Shown here in pieces: positions 17,712 through 24,000 of a DNA stretch of 24,000 nucleotides. The translations under genes and the position numbers were made by a program. Numbering within the stretch: position 1 is the stretch's first letter; each line of letters begins with the position of its first letter. Source of the stretch: Staphylococcus phage PALS_2; sequence record MN091626.1; one strand, given 5' to 3'. The notes beneath the pieces are model-generated. The model saw only the letters and a program-made list of their open reading frames with translations. It did no database searches and was not told where the DNA came from.

Positions 17712-17948
17712 ATGAAAATATTTTACAATTCTTATATTCTCATGGATACAGGTCCTTCAATAGATTCTTATAATTATGATGGAACATATATTAGTCAAAG
17801 TGAAGATTTAACAACAGCTAGTTTCGTATCTAGTGATGAATTCCTCGGATTTCTTTTAATTTCACTCATATCTATATTTTTAGTATCGTTTGTCATATTT
17901 AGAACTATAAAGAACAATAGAAAGAGAAAGAAAAATAAGAAAAGATAA
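17712..17948 (+). CDS. Small membrane protein
   Basis: Hydrophobic segment FLGFLLISLISIFLVSFVIF followed by KNNRKRKKNKKR; GGAGAG supports ATG17712. Confidence 0.65.
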   Translation: MKIFYNSYILMDTGPSIDSYNYDGTYISQSEDLTTASFVSSDEFLGFLLISLISIFLVSFVIFRTIKNNRKRKKNKKR

Positions 17949-17955
17949 ATATTAA

Positions 17956-17999
17956 ATTAACCTAATACTCTAAATAATGAGTATTAGGTTAATATTTTT
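17956..17999 (+). terminator. Probable intrinsic terminator
   Basis: ATTAACCTAATACTC (17956-17970)/GAGTATTAGGTTAAT (17979-17993), 15-bp perfect stem, ATTTTT after. Confidence 0.7.
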
Positions 18000-18055
18000 A
18001 GAAATTTGCAATAACGAGAATTTATAATATTTAAAAGTAAAGGATGAAATAGATA

Positions 18056-21000
18056 ATGGCAGAAGTTTTTAATAAAGATTTAAAAGAAATAGTTCACGAT
18101 AATATGATGATATATTTTAATGAAATTAACACTAACCGTCAAATACCAGATATTAGAGATGGTTTGAAACCTATTCAAAGAAAAATACTTTATATTATGT
18201 ATAAAAATGGTTATAGATCTGATAAGAAATTTGCTAAATCAGCTAGAATAGCTGGTGACACTACTATATTACACCCACATAGTAATGATGGTATTTATGA
18301 TTCTGCAGTTAATATGGTTACACCGTTTTCTATGAACCAACCATTAATTGAAGGACATGGTGCATTTGGTTCTATTACAGGAGCTTCAGCAGCCGCTTCA
18401 CGTTATTGTTTAACTGGAGAACATATAGTTGATATGAGTAATGGAGAACTTGTAAGAATTAAAGATATAGTACCTCATAGTGAATTAGACAGTGATAATA
18501 AAATTGATAAAGTTGTCATGGACTTTAGACGTAAACCAGTTAAAGCAATTAAATTCTTTAATTCAGGTAAACATAATGTAATGGAATTAAACACTAATGC
18601 AGGTAAAACTATTAAAGCTACTCCAAATCATCCTTTATTAACCGTAATCAAACATCCAACAAAAGGATTAGATTTCAAATGGAAAACAATGGATGAAATT
18701 GAAAAAGGGGATTACTTAATCAACAGAACTATGATTAAGAATGATCTCAAAGATTTTAGAAGTAAAAATCTTAATGAAAATGAGAAAGAAAGCTTTAAAA
18801 AATGGGGAGAAATTCTTTCTAATAAATACTTTAATAGAACTTTAGATCCTGAATATGGAGTATTAATGAGAAGTATTGAAACTGAAAAGAGCCTTCCTAA
18901 TAAAGTGTTAGAAGCTTGTTTAGGTTATAAAAGAGAATTCTTATTAGAGTTATTTAAACAAGATGGATTTATTGTAGATAATATTGGTTTAGTTATCGAA
19001 AGTCATAGTAAAAGATTCTTGCAAGAAATAGCTACTTTATTATCTCAATTTGGTATTTATTCTGTGATATCATTATTCAGTGATAGTGATTATAGATTAC
19101 AAATTCAAGATATTCACTCACTTAAGAATTTATCTAAACACTTAATTAAAGATGATGATTTATTTAAAGATAAAATTGATGAAATTATTGATATGTATAG
19201 AAATTTAGAAAGTAATAATCCATATCAAGTTATTCCTTATTTAGATGAAGTATTAGATGAGAGAAAAATGACTTCTTATCTATATCCAGAGTTATTTAAT
19301 ACTAGAAAGAATTTCTTAAATAACTTTAATTTACTTGAAGAAGAATACGGTATTGAAATTGAAGAAAGAGATCATTTAATGTTATTTATCTCTAAATACT
19401 TAGATAACTATACTTATTTTGAACAAGTAGAAAGTATTGAAGAGTTGGAAGAAGAGGAAGTAGTTTATTCTATTAAAGTTGATACAGATGATCATTCATT
19501 TATGTCTGAAGGATTTATTCATCATAATACAGAAATGAGATTAAATAAATTCTCAGAAAGAAATTTATTAGATAATATCAATGATAATGCAGTTAATATG
19601 GTTAAGAACTTTGATGGATCAATGTTAGAACCTTTAGTGTTACCTTCTAAATTACCTTATGTATTAGTTAATGGTTCATTTGGTATTGGTGGTGGAGGAC
19701 ATAGATCTGATTTGCCACCACATTCTACTGAAGATGTAATTAATATTACTATTGACAGAATTAAAAATCCTAATAAGAAATTAAAAACACTTATTAAAGA
19801 TAATAAATTTAAACCACAATTTCCTTATGGTGGAGAAGCATTTTGTGATGATTTAGAGAAATGTTATCGTACAGGTAAAGGTTCTATGTTATTAAGATCT
19901 GTAGTTGAAAAAGATGAAAGTAAAATGACTCTTACAATTAAAGAAATTCCTTATAACGTTACTTTGACTAGGGTTAAAGAAGCTATCAGAGAAGCACATA
20001 AAGAGGAACAATTAGATGGTCTTAAAAATATTAGTGACGGAACTCAAAACGGAGATGTTCGTTTAATTCTTCAATATACAAAATCTTCTGACTTAGATTT
20101 AGCATTAAATCAATTGTATAAAGTTAAGACAATTACTTCTAGAGTTAACTTTGATGTTAAATTAGTAGATAATAATAAGCTAGTGGAAACTAATTTATTA
20201 GGTATTATTGATAGATGGATTGAATTTAGACAATCAACTGTGAAACGTTTTAAATCATTTAAAATTAAAGATTTAAGAAGTCGTATTCATATTATTGAAG
20301 GTCTATTAGTTGTATTAGATTCTAAGAATATCGATGAATTAATTAAAATAGTTAAATCTGGTAAAGGTAAAGAAGATATTATTGATGTAGTTAGTAAGAA
20401 ATTTGGTATATCTCATGCACAAGCTTCTTATGTAGCTGAAATGAAACTATATACAATTAATAATCTTGAAATCAACAAATTGGTTGAAGAAAAGAAAGAA
20501 AAAGAAAAGATTGTTAATGAAGAAATGGTATACATGAAAGATGTAAGTAAACTGAATGATCTTATTATTAATGAAATGAAAGAAATTAAGAAAGATAAAA
20601 ATACACTTAAACCATCTAGATTAACTAAGTACTCTGATATTGATTTTAAAAATGATAATAAAGAATTATTAATTAAAGATGAAGATTTCATGTGTATTAT
20701 TACTAGACAAAATAAGATTAAGAAAGTTAAAGATGAAATTAGTAAACCTCAAAAGAGAAATGGTAAAGGTATCTCTATTGGTAAATTATCAGATGGTGAT
20801 ATTCCATTAAACATCTTTAATGCTAATAGTAAAGATAACTTATTCTTAATTACTGATACAGGAAAAATATTCTATGATAAAGTTTATGAATTCCCTGAAA
20901 TTAAATCATTGAATAACTTTGGTAAAGATATTAGTAGATTTGTTAAGAATGAAAAGATTATTAAAGCATTTACTTTAACTGATGAAGAATTTAAAGATCC

Positions 21001-21610
21001 AGATACAGCTTTTGTAGTAACAACAGCTTTGAATAAAACTAAAATGGTTATGGTTGAAGAAATTAAAAAATCTGGTGTAATTCTTATGAAATTAAATGAA
21101 GATGATAAAGTTATCAATGTTCATAATGTACATTCTAAGAAACCATTTAATTTAATAGCTATATCTGAAAAAGGTAATGCTATTAGATTCTCAAGTGAAT
21201 TAATTCCAGTTCAAAATAGAAATACAATTGGTTCTTCTATATTCAGTAATACAACTATTAATAAAGATAATAAAGTTGCTTCAACTGTAGTTGATTCTGG
21301 ACAAGATAAAATGTTAATAGTTACTCATAAAGGTTTAGCTAAACAAATTATGACTGAAGACATTCCAGTTAAATCTAGAATGATTAAAGGTGTAATTGCA
21401 GCTAAATTTAAAAATGAAAAAGATTCTGTAATGTATATTAGTATGATAGATGATGAAGAAGATAATCTATTATTAGTTACTGAAAACAAAACTATTAATG
21501 TACCTTTAAAAGAAATCAATACGTATAAAAGAACAACTTATGGCAATCCAGTAATGAAACTTAATGATAACGAATTCTGTATAGATTCTTCTATCATTAA
21601 ACATAATTAG
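18056..21610 (+). CDS. gyrA: Type II topoisomerase DNA-cleavage subunit (GyrA/ParC-like), intein-containing precursor (1184 aa; 810 aa after splicing)
   Basis: IPDIRDGLKPIQRKILYIMY, GHGAFGSITGASAAASRY | TEMRLNKFSE, GSFGIGGGG; C-terminal GyrA beta-propeller-like repeats (KGNAIRFSSELIPVQNR, HKGLAKQI). Confidence 0.95.
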   Translation: MAEVFNKDLKEIVHDNMMIYFNEINTNRQIPDIRDGLKPIQRKILYIMYKNGYRSDKKFAKSARIAGDTTILHPHSNDGIYDSAVNMVTPFSMNQPLIEGHGAFGSITGASAAASRYCLTGEHIVDMSNGELVRIKDIVPHSELDSDNKIDKVVMDFRRKPVKAIKFFNSGKHNVMELNTNAGKTIKATPNHPLLTVIKHPTKGLDFKWKTMDEIEKGDYLINRTMIKNDLKDFRSKNLNENEKESFKKWGEILSNKYFNRTLDPEYGVLMRSIETEKSLPNKVLEACLGYKREFLLELFKQDGFIVDNIGLVIESHSKRFLQEIATLLSQFGIYSVISLFSDSDYRLQIQDIHSLKNLSKHLIKDDDLFKDKIDEIIDMYRNLESNNPYQVIPYLDEVLDERKMTSYLYPELFNTRKNFLNNFNLLEEEYGIEIEERDHLMLFISKYLDNYTYFEQVESIEELEEEEVVYSIKVDTDDHSFMSEGFIHHNTEMRLNKFSERNLLDNINDNAVNMVKNFDGSMLEPLVLPSKLPYVLVNGSFGIGGGGHRSDLPPHSTEDVINITIDRIKNPNKKLKTLIKDNKFKPQFPYGGEAFCDDLEKCYRTGKGSMLLRSVVEKDESKMTLTIKEIPYNVTLTRVKEAIREAHKEEQLDGLKNISDGTQNGDVRLILQYTKSSDLDLALNQLYKVKTITSRVNFDVKLVDNNKLVETNLLGIIDRWIEFRQSTVKRFKSFKIKDLRSRIHIIEGLLVVLDSKNIDELIKIVKSGKGKEDIIDVVSKKFGISHAQASYVAEMKLYTINNLEINKLVEEKKEKEKIVNEEMVYMKDVSKLNDLIINEMKEIKKDKNTLKPSRLTKYSDIDFKNDNKELLIKDEDFMCIITRQNKIKKVKDEISKPQKRNGKGISIGKLSDGDIPLNIFNANSKDNLFLITDTGKIFYDKVYEFPEIKSLNNFGKDISRFVKNEKIIKAFTLTDEEFKDPDTAFVVTTALNKTKMVMVEEIKKSGVILMKLNEDDKVINVHNVHSKKPFNLIAISEKGNAIRFSSELIPVQNRNTIGSSIFSNTTINKDNKVASTVVDSGQDKMLIVTHKGLAKQIMTEDIPVKSRMIKGVIAAKFKNEKDSVMYISMIDDEEDNLLLVTENKTINVPLKEINTYKRTTYGNPVMKLNDNEFCIDSSIIKHN
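18407..19528 (+). mobile_element. Intein (374 aa) immediately after the catalytic Tyr of GyrA
   Basis: Starts CLTGEHIVDMSNGELVRIKDI (block A), TIKATPNHPLLT (block B), YSIKVDTDDHSFMSEGFIHHN (blocks F/G) then Thr as +1; extein sequence reads SRY|TEMRL. Confidence 0.93.
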
Positions 21611-21630
21611 TTGAGAAAGAAGTGTATTAT

Positions 21631-21810
21631 ATGAAACCATGTAAATATATTATAAAAATAAGTAATGATTCTTATCTTTGCTATAAGTATGATGAACCTT
21701 TAGAAACAACAGATAAAAAGAAAGCAACTAGATTTAATGAGCTTGAATTAGCACAAGAAGAAGTGAAATTAATGGGAATTGGTGAAATTGAAAAAATTCC
21801 TTATAAATAA
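21631..21810 (+). CDS. Small unknown protein (59 aa)
   Basis: ORF; ATG21631 more likely than GTG21622; AAAGAAG upstream. Confidence 0.55.
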   Translation: MKPCKYIIKISNDSYLCYKYDEPLETTDKKKATRFNELELAQEEVKLMGIGEIEKIPYK

Positions 21811-21819
21811 AAATTAATC

Positions 21820-21866
21820 AGGGAGATGACATTAATTTGTCATCTCCCTCATATTATTAATTTTTT
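21820..21866 (+). terminator. Probable intrinsic terminator
   Basis: AGGGAGATGACA (21820-21831)/TGTCATCTCCCT (21838-21849), TTAATT loop, downstream TTTTTT. Confidence 0.65.
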
Positions 21867-21926
21867 GGTAAATTCTCTTGAAACAACCAAATATTGTTAA
21901 ATAAAAAGAATTGGATGTGAAATATA

Positions 21927-23610
21927 TTGGAAAAGAAATATATTAGATGTAATTCATGTAGTTCAGTACAAGAATATAGTGAAGATATTACATCTTGTTC
22001 AGAATGTAGTTCTGAGAATATTTCAGTCATTAAATCTCCTATTGATTTAGTTAATGAAGCTGAAGTATTAGTTACAGAATCTGAAATGGATTTCCTATTA
22101 GATTATAATGATAGTCAAGAGTATGATAAAAATGGTAAATCTTGTTGGTTTGATATATATTTAATTAAATACCCTAGAGATAACACTCAAATTAAATATA
22201 TTGTATTACAAAATCAAAAAGGTAGAGAAGAGGATATATTAATCGATTTTGCCGGAGATATTAAAGGCGGAAATCCTATTGTAATAAATGATACAGGAAG
22301 TATTAAGACTGTATTAAATGATGTTGATGGATTATCTGAAGTTGTTAAAGTTAGATTCTTAAGTAAAGAATCAACTAAGAGAAAAGGTAAAGAAGATTTT
22401 GGTTTAAATTCAGAAGAATACATTAGTTATAATAAAGATAAAAATAATTTCTATAATGATGCTAAATTGAGAACTTTAATTAAAGTTTTAGAATCTATGA
22501 ATAATACTCTATTCTTTGACAGTAAAGATGATATCATTTACAATAAAATATTTACTGAAAATAATGTACTTAATTCACCTTTATTTACTAATAAGACTGT
22601 AATGAGTTATAATGAAACTGAAGTATATAAGAATTATGGAGATTATAAATTTGATGAAAGATTAGATAGCGTTATATATGATTATCAAATAGAAAATGAA
22701 ATAGGTGCGTTTACTTTCTTATATAATAAAAATAAAGAAAATAAACCTAAATTCACTGAAGATAAGAGTAGTGAAATTTATGCTACAATAACTCCATCTA
22801 TGTTCTTATCTGATGAATTTAGAATGTTAGACGATTATGGTAGAGTTAATCCAAACGTATTAGCATTATTATACTTTAAAATATTAGAGAAAAAATTAGG
22901 TATCAGATCTATTGAATTAGTAACTTATGTAAATCCTAATAAAGATGATATAATGTTATTCCCTGTTTCTTATAATGGACAAGGTTACGTATTAGCTGAT
23001 TTCCATTTAGATAGCCCTATAGTATTTAAGAATATGGATGATGTTAATAAGTATTGTGCATATCAATTTGGATATGACCAAGAAAATGAAGATGATAAAG
23101 GAACATTTAAATTCTCAGTAAAAGAAGTTCCTGCTGAATTCGATTTCCAAAAAGCTATTTCAAGTAATATGGAAATTATTGAAAGATTCTTCATGAAATT
23201 CAATGAGAATACTTTAAATGAAACTGTATTAGAACCAGAATCAATCTTAAATGAAGCTGTTGGAGATAATAAAAAGAAACGTCAAGAAATACAAAATAAA
23301 ATATTAGACGTTATTTCTTCATTAGACAAAGATCAATCTAATATGAATAAATATAAAACATTCTTTGATGAAATGAATGATGAAGAATTCATGAGATATA
23401 TTAAGAGATTTGTTAATAGTAATGAAAACTTCTACATTGAAGTATTACCTAATAAATCTGAAGCTGGATTTAAAGAAGTTGAAGAAGCTTTAAACAAACT
23501 TGATGTACCTATGAATGAATTTGTTTATTATCGACATGATGGAAATAAAGATGATCCTTTAAGAACTAGATATAAAGTTCCAGTAGGGTATTTACATGTA
23601 AAACGTCTAC
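21927..23610 (+). CDS. Multisubunit RNA polymerase beta-subunit-like protein, 5' exon (interrupted by intron)
   Basis: N-terminal Cys4 ribbon CNSCSSVQEYSEDITSCSEC; C-terminal KVPVGYLHVKRL resembles beta VTVGYMYMLKLNHLVDDK; TTG start. The ORF track continues to 23666 only by intronic read-through. Confidence 0.55.
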
Positions 23611-24000
23611 GTGTGAAACGTTACACAAGAAAGACAATGAAGATTGTTGAGGATTGTGTGGCATAATTTATTATGCCAACTTTTTAGTTGAATAAGCAGT
23701 ATCTACCTATAAAGATACGATATGCTATTAATAATACTCCCGCATGTATAAGAAGTGATTTTTATATGTGAAGCCGGGTGAAGTCACTATATTTTAATTA
23801 TAGTGGTTAGGGAAATGTATATGGTTAGGAACACGAACTATTTATGAATGTCCTTTATATATTAGTATTAAATGTAGGCTTAATACTATGATTTAATTAA
23901 TAGGTTATTAAATCTCTTAACGGAATATAAAGGGAACAGATAGAACCTAAGTACATTTATTTACCTAGACTAAAAGGAACGTTTGATATCTCATAATTTT
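23611..24000 (+). mobile_element. 5' part of a group II intron (domain I), continuing past the window
   Basis: Begins GUGUG; EBS1 GUAGGC (23874-23879) in loop of a 9-bp perfect hairpin pairs with IBS1 GUCUAC (23605-23610); EBS2 UUUUA (23792-23796) in loop of a 7-bp hairpin pairs with UAAAA (23599-23603); later GGGAACAGAUAGAACC...AUUUACCUAGACU resembles domain I of bacterial/organellar group II introns. Confidence 0.75.

Noticed and set aside
8898-21519. Minus-strand ORFs (2372-2626, 8898-9140, 13904-14107, 20428-20691, 20884-21117, 21325-21519, 22214-22423)
   Set aside because: All lie antisense within convincing plus-strand genes, are low-complexity hydrophobic/Ser-Leu rich translations and lack independent support.
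23656-23660. Second GTGTG as alternative 5' splice site of the group II intron
   Set aside because: Its upstream 6 nt (AGGATT) match no hairpin-loop EBS1 candidate; the nearest partial complement, GTCCT near 23850, is not in a clear loop. The GTGTG at 23611 has matching EBS1 and EBS2 loops and sits where RNAP-like homology ends.
1-24000. CRISPR arrays, tRNA or rRNA genes
   Set aside because: No regularly spaced direct repeats and no convincing tRNA (T-loop/acceptor) pattern seen by eye; tRNAscan-SE would be needed to be definitive.

Overview
AT-rich, entirely plus-strand, densely packed window that looks like part of a large (probably jumbo, Gram-positive-infecting) phage genome; host and phage type are inference. 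Recognisable genes: both subunits of a type II topoisomerase (gyrB/parE-like and gyrA/parC-like), an MBL-fold hydrolase, an SNase-like nuclease, an HNH/NUMOD4-type endonuclease, a lipoprotein, small membrane proteins and the start of an RNA-polymerase beta-like gene, plus many unknown ORFs. Three different classes of self-splicing element interrupt essential genes within about 15 kb. (1) A group I intron (~9409-10674) carrying an EDxHD/Vsr-like homing endonuclease splits gyrB just after the TOPRIM DxDxxG codons. (2) A 374-aa intein (18407-19528) sits immediately after the catalytic Tyr of gyrA, with a reduced LAGLIDADG region. (3) The 5' part of a probable group II intron starts at 23611 inside the polymerase-like gene; its GUGUG 5' end, EBS1/IBS1 and EBS2/IBS2 pairings can be read directly. 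Other items of interest: a 444-aa protein with three tandem NUMOD4/HNH-like modules that have all lost the catalytic histidines; a repeated AAAYATATATTATAANAATG element directly abutting a perfect hairpin (three copies); a recurring TGAAATGGATAATG translation-start context with overlapping mini-ORFs; and a candidate Apyc1-like MBL anti-defence gene.
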